From NCBI GenBank assembly GCA_012295275.1, contig CM022669.1, forward strand, positions 18,600,001 through 18,664,000: a DNA stretch of 64,000 nt, in the 5' to 3' direction. A model generated the notes under the pieces. It did not search any database. It was given only the letters and a program-made list of their open reading frames with translations, and was not told where the DNA came from. The stretch's first letter is position 1. Every line of letters starts with the position of its first letter. This document shows positions 14,950 through 30,633 of the stretch, in pieces. Both the position numbers and the translations under genes were made by a program. This DNA comes from Chrysomallon squamiferum. Lineage: Eukaryota; Animalia; Mollusca.

Positions 14950-15656
14950 TAAAAGTCCCCTGTTCTTCACGACCAGCGAGTGTGATTCGAAGATTTCGTA
15001 CTGGTTTCAGAAGGAAGTCGGAGGAACAAACTGTTTTACAAATAAAAGAAAAAAGTCTATGTTCCTACTGGAAAACCCTTACTCATTACAAATCTATCGC
15101 GTCTTGCTATTTACAAGGACAACCGGAGCATTTGGTACAAACTTTCTCCGCTAATGGCCGCATCACCGGCTATGGACAGCCTCGTTCCCAACCCGCACAT
15201 GCGCAAAGAAGCATAATGTTCTTTTTTTTTTTTGATACACAGACAGACGATAAGGATGTAAACAAGAGACTTGCTTGAAGGGTTCAGTTTGCTTTTCGGC
15301 TGATCCACTTGTTACAATATTAGCATTCGACTCATTTGTCTAAGCTAAGAGAGAGCGGGCCTGTGCGAGGCTATTCTGGCTTCAGCTGATCTGATCGGAG
15401 GAGTTGGAGAACATTACGTCTGAGACAAACTCACCGAAATCATCTTTTGACACTTTTTCGAAGAAAGACGTGTTTTTCACTGTCGGGCTGTTCTTCACTG
15501 TGAAGATTCACTTAAAGTTCAGATGTGGCTGTTGAGGGATTTTTATATTAGTGATACAGTATAACGAATACTCATAAAAGAATCCTTTCTTTAAAGAAGA
15601 AAAAAAAATAAAAAATAAAAGCGTCAAGACTTTGGAAGTACATTTGCTCAAAAACA
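14950..15656 (+). promoter_or_regulatory. Putative promoter and 5' UTR of the MNNL-domain gene
   Basis: Repeat-free stretch enriched in CpG directly upstream of the signal-peptide ATG. Contains an NRF1-like CGCACATGCGCA near 15194 and an Inr-like TCAGTT near 15284. Confidence 0.45.
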
Positions 15657-15707
15657 ATGGTGAAATGGACACATCTGTGTTTTGTGATATTACTTCTGTC
15701 GTCTGTG
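15657..15707 (+). CDS. Coding exon 1: signal peptide MVKWTHLCFVILLLSSV
   Basis: ATG in AAACAATGG context, hydrophobic core, consensus donor GTG|GTAAGT at 15708. Phase 0 matches exon 2. It follows a CpG-containing promoter-like region. Confidence 0.75.
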
Positions 15708-17484
15708 GTAAGTTCTATACTTTTGGATATTATTTTCATGGGGATTCTTTACTGTTCGATATTTATTATTAAGGAATTTTCAGCTCTTCGTGGAGTGTAC
15801 AGACGGACGCACTTACGGACGCACTTACGGACGCACTTACGAACGCCTGAAGTTGAATCCTACGGGTTCACGTATTGTATTTGCATGCATTGTTAATACA
15901 ATTATATTATTATGCTAAGTTACGAAAATGGAAATATTATAACCACCGATACTTTTTATTCTAAAACTTTGTAATTTATATAAAATTACAGAATATTTTT
16001 GTTCTTAATATTTTGTTTAATACTAGCATTAGTATCTCTAAGTATTAGTGTCATTTTATTTTATTTTATTTTATTATTATTATATTTTTTAAAGTATACA
16101 CCAATACTTTTTTGTTTCTAATTTTTATACCGGCTTTTCTCAACCTCATTACATTGGGAGATCCTTTGAACTGTATATATACATGTACATAAACGCGCAA
16201 AAATGATCTTTATCATCTTAATCATCATTTCTTACGGAATCGCAGTTGAAAAATCTTGTTCTGTACTAATATAGGTATTTTTGTCCGATTTATACAATAC
16301 TATATTAACATCCCAGTTTATTAAAAATTGTTCTTTGTTTCTAGCATTTTTAATTATTATGTCATTCTAAATAACTATCGGGCGAAAAAATAGTAGGATT
16401 AAAAATATAAAATAAAATTTGAAGTTCCAGATATTTAAATTATTAGGTACAAGAACATTGTTAGCATTAGTGCATAAAAAGATAACACTCTTTTTTTAAA
16501 ATTAATATATATTTTAATAATTTAGAAAAATAAAATCTTTAACATCATTAATAGATTTATTTCATATTAATACTTATTTTGCTTAATTTAAATTATGATG
16601 TGAAATACTGTTGCGCTTAATAACAATAATAACAACAACAACTATACTAACATAATACTGATATTGATACTACTACTACGACTACTACTATCAATGATAA
16701 TAGTTGTAATAAAATATTACTACCACTGCAACCACAACTACTATTATTACTACTATGACTACTACTACTACTACTTCTACTACTACTGCTACTACTACTG
16801 CTAATTGTTATTATTATTTATCACGGTTATTAATAACTCGCATTTCACAAAACAAGTATTTTTATTATTTGCAGTTCTAGCAACTCTGAATCAGTTAAAC
16901 TGAATCAGTTAAACTGTGTAAGTTAACATTAAACTTCTTTCGCGCAAATGTAAATATTAATTTAAACTTTACCCTCTGTTCGTCAGCAATAAGTAACTTT
17001 AATTTTCTTTTAATATTACTTTATGTTTTAAATTAAATATATCATCACCGTATGTTATTTGTATTAATAGATTTTTGTTTAATATTTATTTTGCAAAACA
17101 GCACCAGTGCGTTTCTCTCATTGGTAACAATTATCAAATCACCGTGTAGTCATTTTTAATAATTTTCTTAAATTTAACTGTTATAAAATATTATAATTGT
17201 TTTTGTTCTGGTTATTTAAATTAGAAGGTCTGTAAACATTTTCTAATTCGGTACTTAATGAAGTAGTTGTTTGGACTTTTTATGGAAAAAATCAAAACCT
17301 GAATATAATATTTTTTTAATATTAAATTATTTTGCTCAAATAAAATGTACTGTCACAGATAGGTATATGATTATTGCACAGTGGATTATGATGATAATCA
17401 GCAGCACAACCGTAATGTTTATCATCATCATCTTTACACTTATGATTTAATAAACAAAACTCAAACACTGTCATAATATTAAAG

Positions 17485-17523
<39 letters not shown>

Positions 17524-19165
17524 ATTAAATTAAATTAAAATTTAAAACAAAAAAATCAAAAACAAAAATAATAAAAAGGAGATTTGACAATAACCAACTA
17601 AAACCATCAAAAATAACAAATCTATATTAAGATTCTTGGCAACGCTGAGTGGATTATGAAACGTACCAAAACCGTCATAAAGTGAAATCTATATTAATAA
17701 ATTTTGGCAACACCGGGTTATCGAGTTTCAAATAAAGAAAACGACCTTTAAGCCTGATCTCTGTCGGTTTTAGCCTTAGAACCTGTTAAATTCCATATCA
17801 ACAGCAGCCAACGTCAACAAAACAAGATGGTCGTTTTTTTGCCCCGCAGTCACCTTTTCTGTTTTACAACGGGATTCATTACAAAGCTTCGGTGACAACA
17901 ACTTTTTTTTGTTTTTCCAAAGATTAAGTGGCCGGCAGGTGAAAAGATTCTCACCTATCTTTGATCGACCTCGGAACGGTTGTTTTAGAAAAGAAAAAAA
18001 AAGATTTCCTAGATATATACACATCAGAAAGATTAACTTTTTGTCCTTTTACAAATTGGTGTCGCTGAACGATGTCCTAAAATAAAACACTTGTGAAGAA
18101 AATGTAAGAACAAGTGTTGAATTCTGAGGGGCTGAGAGAGTGAGAACGCTTTCATACACGTTCGTTCTCATTCGATTTGGGGTTTTTATTTTAAAAACTA
18201 TTCTTTTCGTGGTCTTCACAATTAAATTTGTTTCTTATTAAAAAATATACATAACAGTGTCGTCTTTTTCGAAATTCTGAAACTTTCTTAAGTTAACGAA
18301 ATAACAACGTGCAATGGGATGTACTATGATAATCATTTCATTATGATGTATCTAGAAACATGATGACTGAATTTTCCCTTTTTCTAGAACCGAGCAGGCT
18401 AATGATACACTAAATGATGCCTTTTTTTCTTTCGAACTTTTAAATTTTTATTTATGAAAAATGTGGAATTTAAATCCGTGATAATTCATTCCTATTTATT
18501 TAGTTAAAAAAAACAAAAACAATAAAAATAACTGTATAAAGAATATTATTATACCTAATCACCTTTTTTTCTTTCGTAATTATGTGAATATACTTACAGT
18601 TCAGAATATAATATTTATAATATCTCAGCCATTTTCACACATTTTGTTTCGCAAATTATTTAAGAACAATTTTCAAAATAGTTTTAACCAAAGTGTTTCA
18701 TTAATTTTGACAGAGGTGCTTAATATATATATATATATATATATATTTAATATTTAGTAACGAATAACATACATTACAAAATTAAATAAAATGTAATTTA
18801 TAAACGAAAAGGCTATTCAACAAAAAACATCTGATAACAATTTGCTATTACTAATTCCATTTTCTTTCGAAATAAAATCAAACAATAAATTAAATGTATC
18901 ATATATACATAAAAATAATTTTATTTTATTATAATATATTATAATTAAAAATTGAATCTAAAATTTGAATAAATAATAAAATGAATAAGTAGTCATTTAT
19001 AAATTGTATAAAAAATATAATGTACAAGTATACTGAATCAAAAGAGGACACGGAGTAAAAAAATATACTGCTGAAATAATTATAGTAATAGTAGTAGTCG
19101 TAGTAGTAATCATCATTATAATAATAAAGATGATTATGATAAGGATGTTAAATACTGATAGCATA

Positions 19166-19213
<48 letters not shown>

Positions 19214-22200
19214 ACTTGTTTTATTAGTAATGTTTTATTAGTAATCGCGTGTTTTTTGTGTGTCTCGTAACGTTCAAACATAAAGGCTCTGTGTAACACA
19301 GGCTAACAGTTCATAGAACGCTTTGATGAAATAGCCAAGTTTTAACTTTGCAACTTAAATTCGTGTCTGGTAATTTGCCGAACAGTTGCTTAAACTCTTT
19401 AGGTCATAACATGATTGTCTTGTGTTAACTCAGGCAGAAGCAGTTCAGTTTTGGCTACAATGCTATCAAACTGATTTAAGTTGACTTTATCGAAATAAAC
19501 CAGGGATGGATATATGGATATGAGAAGATGAATGTATTATTAAAGGGTAAAAGTTGTATATGGCTTAGTTCCAGATCATATACAGTATTGAATTTTATTT
19601 TATTTTATTTTATTTTACTTTACTTTACTTTACTTTATATTACTTTACTTTACTTTACTTTATTTTATTTATTCATTAAAGAATGTTAACAAAATGCATA
19701 GAAGTAGTTATTCAGTAATATTCTATTGAGGTTTGGGGAGTCATATACATGAAAAATAATGTGGAACTTCTATCATTCATTCACAAATTACTCTCGATAA
19801 CACTTTAAATTATTACCAGTTCCAAAGGTGTTCTGTGACTGATGTAGTAATAACTGTAAAATATATTGTTAATCATTCTCTGATTATGGCAAGATGCATC
19901 AATTCAATGCTGTTTTCTACACAGTACGAAACATGATCGTCATTCTAATGAACTTAGTTCTCTTTGGATAAAACGTCGGTGAGGTAAAAAGATTTATTAT
20001 AAATAATACTTAAACATTTTAATACTCTAATTATGGTTTGTGATGACAATTTCGTATGAACGGTGTTGACTCTAGTAAGAGAAACTGTCATTATTTAATA
20101 CAGTATCGAGATCATGATGCGAAAATCATTTATTTTTAGTACATTTAGCGATCTTCAGCAATACAGGTATATGTGCATGTCCAGGACAAACGTGGTTTAA
20201 TCTGAGCAGAAGAATCCGACGTCAATAACGTAAAACAGATACCATATCCATCAAAAATCTGTAACAGTTTGAATGTTTTAATCCCAAGAACGTGTGTCAT
20301 GGGTAAAGTTTCTTTCATCCAGTAACAAAGCTTTCTTACTGTTTTGGCTTTGGTTTGGACCACGTAATGACAGATTAAGAAGACATGCTGAAAGGATTTT
20401 GTGCGGCTTGTGTCGAAACTGTATGTCCTGTGTTCAAGAAGATGTTAGTTTGTAGGAAAAAATGACTAATAACGTAATCAACTGTTTATGGTTAGTGTTT
20501 AAATATTGCTACTTTTAATATCGTATTACTTTTACGATCCTGTTATGTCGAAAAACGAGAGAATTTGTGTACTGCCATTCTTTTCTCATTAAATATAATA
20601 CTTAGATCATTGGCGAGCTAACGGGATCAGATTACATCCAAATCTGCAAACACACTCTGAAACTCACCGTTCCACATTTAATCACTAAAATATTTAGTTT
20701 TAGTACTTGCTTGAATTATTTATTGTTGTTGTTGTTGTTGTTGTTATTATTATTAAACTTTTTTATAAGATGTTCTTTATAATAATTATGGGCTGTTAAA
20801 AAAGTCCTTTGGTGTTCTCGACCAAACAGGTTATAATTTTAGTCTCTTTATTGTTACAATTTCTGTATGTGGTAAAGAGCAGTCTTATTTCAGTTAGTTG
20901 TTATTGCTAAACTGTCATTATAAACTAGATGTGGATAAAAATTCTGAATCTGACCGAAACGGACTTAAAATGACAATTATTTAACTTTTATATCTGTTTA
21001 TTGCAAACGTACATCCATGTACTAGATTATCTAAGATTTTATTGAGAGAAACAGAATGTAAACTTTCACTATGTCAGTTATGTTAATACTGGGTGTGTGT
21101 AAAATACGATTATAAATTAAAGGGGAATTTTGAATTATAAATACAAGATTTTGGCTTTAATATTATTGCTAGAAAATGGTCTAAGTGACGAATAATTAAT
21201 CTGACTGAAATTGTAATTATCGGAACACTGATATTTTTATAGTACTAATAGTATTAGCTGATGATCAAATACTGAAATTAAAGCAGTTTTCTTGTTAGCA
21301 TAACTTCAGTTACTAGTGTTATGAAATATGGTTAGAATCATAAGTTTTTGGAACAATATTTCTTTCATGTCCAAGAAAGTGGACAAAATCCGCACTTAGA
21401 AAGACTCTTAGCTATGTCATTTGACATCCATAAACAAACTTTCTCTTCTTGTCCATCTTTTCTCAGACCTGCAAAATATGACCAAGTATTACCTGAGCGG
21501 AAACTGGGTCTTCACGGGGGACAATATAAAATTGTTTTCATTCCAAGATGACCGCTGATCGCAGAAGATAAATCCTAAATACTACATCTGTTGTCCAATA
21601 TCACTTGTTGGTGTGTGTGTGTTCACCAAAATGGCGTCTGTGGCTACTCGTTTTATGTTAGTTTTTTCATCTGAGAAGATTTCAGCGACTTATCTTTCTG
21701 GTATTTTAAACCCACCGCACTTTACGACTTTCTGTGTTTTATCATATGAAAAAAATAAACACTCCCCGTTATACCTATATCTGAACCTTGTTGGCGATTC
21801 CCTGGCTTATTTTTATTATTAATATTACTGTTGTTGTTGTTGTTGTTGTTGTTATTATTGTTGCTGTTGTTATTGTTTTTATTATTGTTATTGTCATTAT
21901 TATTATTATTGTTGTTATTGTTATTACTGTTGTTGTTATTGTTGTTGCTGTTGTTATTAGTATTATTGTTCTTGTCAACATTATTATTGTTGTTATTATT
22001 ATTACTGTTGTTATTATTGTTGTTGTTGTAGTTATTATTATCACTATTGCTGTTGTTGTTGTTGTTACTGTTGATATTATTATTATTATTGTCATCATTA
22101 TTGTTGTAGTTGTTTTTGTTGTTGTTATTATTATTAATTAATAAAACAATCAATTAATTAAATAGTAAACATTATTAAGGCTTCGTAGCATCCTAGGGCT

Positions 22201-22668
22201 CTTCTGACTTAGGAAGGGTTTCCTAAAATGATCAATTTGCCTAAGTCAGGGTCTGTCTGTATATTCACTCCTTAGTTTGAGTGCTGTTGCATGTTGCTGT
22301 AGTGTACATCCACCAGAATGATCATTGGAGTGTCATTGGTCCCAGGATCAATGCGTTTCAGATTGGGTAATTTATTGTTAAAGCTAGTTTTTCACAATAG
22401 ACGAATCGAATGTTGTGTATGTGCTTTCATATTTCATAGGAAGATGACTTGTTTCTTGATATCGTTTTTTTTATTTTTTTAGTTATTTTATTATCTTTTT
22501 ATTTTTAAACAGTATGTATCGATTTAGTTCAGAGACAGTCTTTAGAAAACATTTCTAGATAAAATTGTTTCTATAACAAACATTATCTGCTGAATAAGCA
22601 ATACAGGAGTTTAATCACACTATTTGCAAGCAATCACTAGGTTAGCAAGGTACTAAATTAAAGGGAAC

Positions 22669-22699
<31 letters not shown>

Positions 22700-25600
22700 T
22701 TATGTGTGTATGTATGTGTGTGTGTAAGATATAATGTTGATATTTAATGTTTATATTTAATAAACTTAACAGATACATACACGCACACACACACACATAC
22801 ATATAATTTTATATGTATTTTGTACAGTTTCAGGACTGGTTTATTTTTATAATTTCAAACAAATTATTTCTTATGAATATTAAAGAAAACAGTTCTTTAA
22901 CATCTTTTAACACAAACTAATTTGATAACGAAGCATCCAAAACTGCAGTATACTCATTACAGAGTGACAGACTGTAGCCTTTATTCTAACCCTTATTACA
23001 ATAAGTGTGTGGACAAAAATTTCAAACCCCAGAAATCTGAAAACAAATAACACAGTTTGAAAGAGGCTTGGAAACTTCTTTAAAATGACATCAGGATCAA
23101 GTGAATATGTTGAACATAATACAAGCCAATGAAAAGCGAGAAAACGGTGCACACACCCCCCCCAGCGATATGTGGGTTAAGTGGAACAGCCAGTTAGTGC
23201 AAAATGGCCGCCGTGCAGGGAGATTATCTGCATAGAGTTAATTATAATGAATTATACCGTCGACTCAAAAGAAAACTGAGCGACAAGTTACTCATTATGA
23301 AGAAAACTTCACACTGCATAATATACCAGTGATGACACTGTATGATTAATGAGGTAGATGAACAAATAACGTTAGAGACTTCCACCGAAAAATAAATTAA
23401 AAAATGCAGCTGAAAACAAAACTACGTCGCCTATTTTTTTAAACATCCGCGCACTGTTTGACGAGAAGAGGGTATGCAGCTTCAGAGTATCTTCCCCAGG
23501 TGAGAGCAAAAACGCGCGAGTTTGTTACTCCCTCCCCCCCCCCAAAGATTCGTTTGATGCGCTCACCGACGGAGCACTGACTAAACAGTTTCGTTTGATT
23601 TTCGTAAAGGAAAAGTGGTCAACTGTGCAAATGCGAAATCACGCGAGAACTGTGGACACAGCGAGATTTGTTAGCTGCACACACAGAGCTAGCTAAGTGT
23701 ATGAACACAATGCCCAGTTTCGTAAAGCTAATCTATGTTGGCCGTGGATTAGACGTTTTAATCTGCTTGTTTTTTGGTCCCTTTGTTTGCCACATTCTGT
23801 GGGCGAGAGTGGGACGATTACGATTTTATTGACTAACAAAAGAAACAAGACTGTTTCGCAAGACATTCTGCATATATTTAAAATAAACAGAACTTGCTAA
23901 TTACGGACTGTGAGACGGACTTTAGAAAACTTTTACTACATCGATCGAGGCTCGTTATGGGTAATTTTGGCTTTCAGGTGTAATATCTGAATCTGCTACA
24001 GTTTATGGAGTTGATGGTATATAAACATCTTCTAAAAACTTCTTGAAGTTTGCTGGTCAAAAGAGAAATGTAATTCTAAAAACCAATCAAACAATAAAAA
24101 GGAGAACACACACACACACACAAATGTTTCCTTATTTCTGACGTAATTTTTTATATTGAAATCATTTTTCAAAAAAGTTGCTGAGGTGGTGCAATCAATA
24201 ATGATATTTTTTTTAAATATTGTTTTAGTTTTTACTTGTTATCGTTGTTATTTTATCGTAATATATGCATAATCTGATTTTAATTTTGAATTATTTTGAC
24301 AGAAATAATTTGAGATTGTTAGTGAATTTCGTTTTACTTTACACGATGATGTTACTACTTCTATTGCTGCTACTAATACTACTTCTACAACAACTAGTAT
24401 CACCACCAGCGTTACTGCCACTACTACAGTTACTAATATATAAATAGATAAATAGCAACCCAAAAAACCCAAACAAAATACTAATACTAATGATGATGAA
24501 TAATAATAATAATAATAAATAAAAATAAATAAATAAATAAAATACTAACGAATAATTAAAAAAATCCCACAGAAACAATTAAAAAAAGAAGAAACAAAAC
24601 AAATAAAACAACAACAGACATACAAACAAACCAATAAATAAAAGAAAGTACTAATGTATTCCAGTAAATTAATTTTTAACAGAATTAAACTTCTCCTTAT
24701 TTTAGACTCTGATTCCTCATCTGGTCACTAAGCCTATCATTTTGTGTCATGTTTACATCTGTGGTCACCCATTTTATTTAACTGGAAAAGGAAGTTTTTT
24801 TATTCACGTTGTGTTGATCCTTTTGGCTACCACAGCAGAATTACGCAATAAAAAATTTAAAGAAGGAGAAAACAATCCATTCCCTTCAAAAAAAAAAAAA
24901 AAAAAATAACAACAAATTTGATAAATAAAAAGATAAAAAAGGAAAATAGAAGTCACAAAATGACAAAGAAATTCGGTAAGAAAAAGCTATTCATATTGAA
25001 ATATTCTATAAATATTAAAGTTTAAGAGTGAATGTAAAATAAGTGTTTAAAATATGTATTTCTAAATTATTAATTTTTGTAGTAACATATATAAATACTC
25101 TGGAAATCGTAAATTAGAAATGATAAAAGTAAAAAGGAATATTTCTTTTTCTTCTTCCAAGCATTGGCCACCTGTAGAGATAGTAAGAGACTTATATACA
25201 CAGGCATACATATCGATGGATAAACAGTTATGTTATATGACACATAAGATATTTATAAATAGACAGGCAGACAAACAAAAATGAATAGAAAGATAGATAA
25301 ACAGAGAGAGCACACGGTATCAGAATAATGATATTTATAATAAAACAACAGAACTAATAGATTGCATTCGACATTAGCTTTGAAATATTTAATATTCAGT
25401 AGTAGAAAAATTTCACTTATGCTTATAGAAAAATATGTAAGCTATATATAGAAGTTTTATTATATAGTAAAATCATAATGATACAGAGAAAAAGAAAAAA
25501 AGAATTGCAAATCCACTATTATGCTGAGTTTGTGTTCGGCAGGTTGAAATCGCTTATCTTTGAACAAACATGCAAAACGCCAGCAAATCCCGACTTCAAA

Positions 25601-27700
25601 AGTTATCAATTTCCGCTGCATCCCTATTTTTTTATGCTTATTTAAATCGGACCATCAGAGTAAACAAAATATTTATCCCTTTCTTTTCACAATGCACGTT
25701 AAAGAAATACAAAAAAAAAAAAAAAAAAAAAAATATATAAAAAATTATGTATTGCACATTGTCATGCAAAGGTTTAAAAATGCTGGCTCACATTAAAAAA
25801 AAAAAAAAAAAAAAAATTGTAGACTTGTATGACGACAAGATTCCGCACTCGGCGGTTTCTGATTAAGTAAATAAAATCTTGTTTGCGATGGTGGATGAAT
25901 GTCCACACAATGTCCAGATGTATGATGGCTCTCGATGTGTGAACGAACTCGCATTCTCCTTCCTCTTCTTAGACGCTGTCCAGTCTAAATCTGTTTAATG
26001 AATGGACAATTAAACATGGAAGGTGTCAACAGGTGATTCAGTAAGGAGGAGAACAACAACAAAAAAAAGAATCTTGTTTATGACACACATTAGCACGTAA
26101 TCGAAACAATGCGAACACAATACGGGGCGTAGAGGTGATCCGTGTCCAGCGCATGTGCACAATTGGCAACAAGCCGTTAAATTAGGTTACATTTCCTGCT
26201 TACGTTATTTGCAAATGAGCTGTTTATAAATTTATGTAGGGAGGGCGATTCGAGTTTATATATAGAGTTTAGCAGTTTGTTCAAACTCTTTAATTCGGTT
26301 GTTTAAGCTGTGTTTAATGAATACAGAAGTGCAGTTTATGTCTCTATATACAACTGATTGAAACGTAAATAAATTGGGTTAAAAACTCGAAGAACGATAT
26401 ATCATTTTAATTATCTTTTTGTGATGAATCAACAAATAGGTGTAAATATATGTATATTTAAATAAAAAATGTAGAAAACCCCTACAAAAAACAACAAAAC
26501 AAACAAAAAAAAACAAACATTAGAACTATTGTTACATTATGGGATAATTAAATATATACTGTGAAATATAAACGTTAAATGTAATGCAAGATGACGAGTA
26601 CATAAATTAATTCTGTAACTAACATAATGATAGATATAACTTATTTATTTTTTAAATACTGTCCCTTTTCATTCAAACATCGCAAAGACATCCTATTACC
26701 TTTTCTGCACCAGTAAATATTATGTAATTGTAATACAGTGATCGAACGAATCTCAGCCTTTGAATCAGAGACTTGATACGTCGTTTGATCGAACCTCCGT
26801 GAAGGATAAATTTGTATCATTTCCCGTTTCAGCTAAAATATAATTTCCTGTATGTGCCTTTTTTAGATTTTGTTTAGACAAGCAGTTCTTGCTACTGTTT
26901 GAAGATCTTGTAAATAAAACGATACTGTCATAATTAAATGGTGTTTTTGTCACGTGGTCAGCATGATTTTGTCAACGTGGTGATGGCATTTTAATCAGAT
27001 TATTTTTACCTGTTTCATTCGCAGTATTATATGGAAATATCTTCTTGAATATTATTAAATTTTTTTCCATTATCGTCATCGTTATAACATTTATTATTAT
27101 TATAACCATTATCATCATCATCGTTATTATTGTTGTTTTTATTGTTGTTATTACTGTTGTTGTTGTTGTTGTTATAAATAATTATAATAATAATTATTAT
27201 TATTATTATTAATACATATATTGTATCTATTCCATTTCACTCAAATCTTACCTGTTAACCACAACAACTACTTTGTACGGAAAAACTTGCAGACATTCTT
27301 GCTGTGTCATTAGGTTTGTGGTGTTTAAATAAGACACCAATCACGAACCTATTGTTCTCTGTTAAACAAATACAAACATGTGGACAAGAAAACAATTAAC
27401 TCAGCTAGAAAACAATTACAGCTTCCTCTTGGCATCAAACTGTCGTATGGAAGCGTTAACTTTTAGATTGGGTGATGAAAACAGGGAACAGGAGTTTGGT
27501 AGGCTAATGAAACAAGAAAATAAATAAACAGGAACAAAGAATGAGGAATTGCTTGGATAAACATTATTCTTTAAGACTTATTGTGTTGACAGCTTGTATT
27601 TCTATTCACAAATACGCACACACACACATTTACACGCACGCACATACATAGAAACACAACCAACAAAACATACATACACACTCAATGTATTTACAATTAA

Positions 27701-27770
<70 letters not shown>

Positions 27771-28308
27771 TTCACACACATACATGACACTGACATAATA
27801 AAAATGCGCGTGACGAGAACATAAAATGCAGAAAATGCGCATGACGAGAACATAAACGTAAAAGATATTAATAAATCTGTATTTCTATATTATTTTGAAA
27901 CAACAACTGCAGTCATAACAAAAAATAAATAAACGACAACAAACAATAGTAAATATCTCACTGAATAATTTCATTAATTTTCATTCGTGATTTTTGATCA
28001 CGAAAACACGTTTTCGTTATCGTCTGTTTTTCATTCATGGCCTAACATTTTCTGTATTTTCATCGTCTGCAACTTGTTTCAATTTTGAATCTGGGCGCCA
28101 AATTCCTGTACGTTGCAGCGGAAAGTAATTGGCTGTGACGTTTGCGTGTTTTGTTTTGTCTACTTTTTCATTGACATTGTCACAGGTTTCTAGTATTTTT
28201 ACTGGTAGAATGTTTGAATTTTGAATCACCAGAAATCGATAACTCTTCAAGCACTTAATTCACTTATCACGGTGCTTATGATGTAAGAAAGACGTTTACT
28301 GTTTGCGA

Positions 28309-28362
<54 letters not shown>

Positions 28363-30588
28363 ATAGCTGCTAGTTGTTTGGGGTGAATGGATGGATTAAA
28401 AATTTGATTTAAGTTTAGAAGTTTTTAAAAGAGTGAAAGACAAGTTAATAAAAAAAAAAATATATAATTGATAAAATTAAAAAATAAAGAATAAAAAAAT
28501 AAATAATAATAATAATAAAAAAAATTAAATAATATATATAATAGATACAATTAAATAAATAATAATAATAATAGTGATAATGATAATGATGATGATGATA
28601 AACAAATATTTAACTAATAAATAAGAAAACATAATTAAAGAAATGAACAAATTTAACGTATATACAGAAAAAACAACTCTGTCCAGTCACAGCAAAAAGA
28701 ACAAAAAAACAAAAACAAAAACAAAACAAAAACAAACAAATAATACAAAAAAAAAGAAACAAAAAAGGGGAAAAAAAACCCACCCCTAAAAACAATAGCC
28801 TAGAAACACAAAGAAAGGTTTTAATAAAAATAACACATCAAGCTGAAATTAAAAGTCAAATATATTTCTTCTGCTTTCTAATCTTTAAACATTTAGAAGA
28901 CCTCAGTGAATATTGCGTAAAACAAACAACATCTCTGCACAAGATCAATCAGCTGTTAAGGTAATGGACGAAAATGTTTTCAAGTCTTCCATATGTTTTA
29001 CATTACAGGACTTTCAATCAATGAATCTTAACTCAGTGGTTCGTTTGAACTGCGGCGAAATCCCCGTGGCAAGCGTTTCTGACATTTCGACCTTGTTTGT
29101 GCGACTCCCACAATCTGAGTAACGTATTTGATATACAAAACAACCACAGCAGCCATTATCTCATTTCCTTAGACTGGTTTAAAGTCAGGTTTAAGTTTGT
29201 ACAAAAAAAAAAAACACCCCACCCCAAAACCCCCACCCCACAAAACAACAAAAACGGAAAACAGAAAGCGTACCCTTTTTGTTTTTTGAAGGACAGACTA
29301 TTTTATTTAAGCGACTGAAAAATGACGGGTGACAGTCTAGTGTAGGACTGGTAACAAGTTAGCGGCGCAGGTATCGGAATTTACAGTCCAGCTCATTGTC
29401 ACCGGTAAGTGTAAACTTTGCAGCAAGGATGTTCGACGAACACGGAATGCGAAAGATTCGGTGAAATGCAAGGACTACGTTTTGTCAATACCAGAAATGT
29501 GATTTTATTTGCGCCCGTGCCTTCTTCGGCAAAGCAGTATATCTAAATGCAGTAAGGGGAAAAGGGTGGTAAGGTGGATGCTTTTTTTTTTTTTTTTCAT
29601 TTTTAATCCTTTTTCGAAACAATTTTTTTTCATGCTTTGATTTAAAGAAGAAACCTTGAATAACAATTTATTTTTTTCAATTGTTTTTTTTTTTTTTTTT
29701 TGAAAAAAAAGAAGTTTTATCAAACAAAAACATATAATAAAAAAAAAAAAGTAAAAGAAAAAGAAACGAGAAAAACTGGAAAACATACAGACTGATAGAT
29801 AGTCAGACAGACAGAGAGAGAGAGAGAAAACATTAAATGTATGGGAATGAAAGGCTTAAAGTCAACGACATAATGTATATGTGTAAAAAAAAATCAAGAA
29901 AAAGAAAAAAGAAAACATTTTTGTAGATAACGATGATGGTTTTGTCATTTTTGTTTGTTGTTGATGATGGTTCTTTTTTTGTTGTTGACGACTAATTCTG
30001 TTTCTATAATTTATTATGAACATTTTGTTTACTGGATTTGTGTTTGATTTATTGTTGCATCTGCAAATACGCTTCCAGTAAATCTGCATAACTATTATAT
30101 AATACGAATGTTCTTTAGCTCGAACTAGCAGTATTTGGCGCTACCAGGGTTATTTACGAGTAATGAATTTTTTTTTTTTTTTTTGCAATGAATTCAGGAA
30201 TTATTGAATTTTATTCTTTATTCCGTCCTTCAAGTGGCAAAATAAAACAAACAAGAGGACAAAATCAGAAAGCAAAATTGAAAAAAAAAATAAGAAAAAA
30301 GAAAAAGAAAAAAGAATATCAATCTGAAACTGAATTAAATATAGAACGTCAGAAAAACATCTACAAAAGCACAGTTATTTGTTAAAACAGGTAAACACTG
30401 TGTTTACTAAGTTTGTGTATCTATGTAGATGTATGTTTTATGCATATGTGAGTATATATTTATGTGTGCAGATATTTGTGTGTGTATGAGTATGTATGCA
30501 TGTGAAAGCGTACGTACGTACGTACACACAAACACACACACATACACGTATATATTTAGATAAATAGATAGAGTGACTGATAGAAAAC

Positions 30589-30633
<45 letters not shown>

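Noticed and set aside
21722-22153. Overlapping poly-Asn, poly-Val/Ile and poly-Thr ORFs on both strands
   Set aside because: A degenerate GTT/ATT trinucleotide tract that is stop-free by composition.
22200-22250. Short nested inverted repeats (ctgacttagg / cctaagtcag) as a MITE
   Set aside because: Only 10-bp arms, with no definable termini or target-site duplication.
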